A DNA stretch of 8,511 nt from a virus (lineage: Duplodnaviria; Heunggongvirae; Uroviricota; Caudoviricetes), in IMG/VR virus record IMGVR_UViG_2734482550_000011, one strand, 5' to 3'. Both the position numbers and the translations under genes were made by a program. Every line of letters begins with the position of its first letter. Position 1 is the stretch's first letter. The notes beneath the pieces are model-generated. The model worked only from the letters and a program-made list of their open reading frames with translations, did no database searches and was not told the origin of the DNA. This document shows, in pieces, positions 8,429 through 8,511 of this stretch.

Positions 8429-8511
8429 GGTGATGCTGCCAACTTACTGATTTAGTGTATGATGGTGTTTTTGAGGTGCTCCAGTGGCTTCTGTTTCTAT
8501 CAGCTGTCCCT
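8429..8511 (+). mobile_element. IS1 insertion sequence, left end (partial, continues beyond the window)
   Basis: GGTGATGCTGCCAACTTACTGATTTAGTGTATGATGGTGTTTTTGAGGTGCTCCAGTGGCTTCTGTTTCTATCAGCTGTCCCT matches the IS1 left terminus as I recall it, including the terminal inverted repeat GGTGATGCTGCCAACTTACTGAT. Confidence 0.85.
8484..8511 (+). CDS. insA: IS1 InsA, N-terminal 9 codons (3'-partial)
   Basis: GTG at 8484 followed by GCT TCT GTT TCT ATC AGC TGT CCC, encoding (M)ASVSISCP, the InsA N-terminus as I recall it. Confidence 0.75.

Noticed and set aside
1-8511. Chi sites (GCTGGTGG) as recombination hotspots
   Set aside because: I did not find an exact GCTGGTGG or its complement on a manual scan, but the scan was not exhaustive, so I make no claim either way.

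Overview
This window is the distal tail-fibre module of a lambda-like (lambdoid) prophage, of the kind found in Escherichia/Shigella genomes, in what looks like a draft assembly. Reading left to right on the + strand: the 3' two-thirds of the host-specificity gene J (1-3061), a terminator, the lysogenic-conversion outer-membrane gene lom (3132-3940), a terminator, a long side tail fibre gene stf (4005 into the last N-run) and the tail fibre assembly gene tfa (visible 7192-7679). Downstream lies about 750 bp of AT-rich DNA with no ORF of 60 aa or more (7680-8428), then the left end of an IS1 element (8429-8511). Four N-runs (1252-1561, 3639-3840, 5288-5537, 6930-7191) all fall inside tail genes, and reading frame is not conserved across them, so several long ORFs in the supplied track are chimeric artefacts. 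I found no recognisable defence system, CRISPR array or RNA gene. The points most worth a second look are a compact minus-strand unit in the AT-rich tract (promoter-like motif, 33-aa hydrophobic ORF, clean terminator), an anomalous 36-bp direct repeat and premature stop in lom, mosaic low-GC segments in J and stf, and the IS1 insertion at the prophage cargo position. Protein identifications rest on my recall of lambda J, Lom, Stf, Tfa and IS1; GC statements are by eye; nothing was computed or searched.
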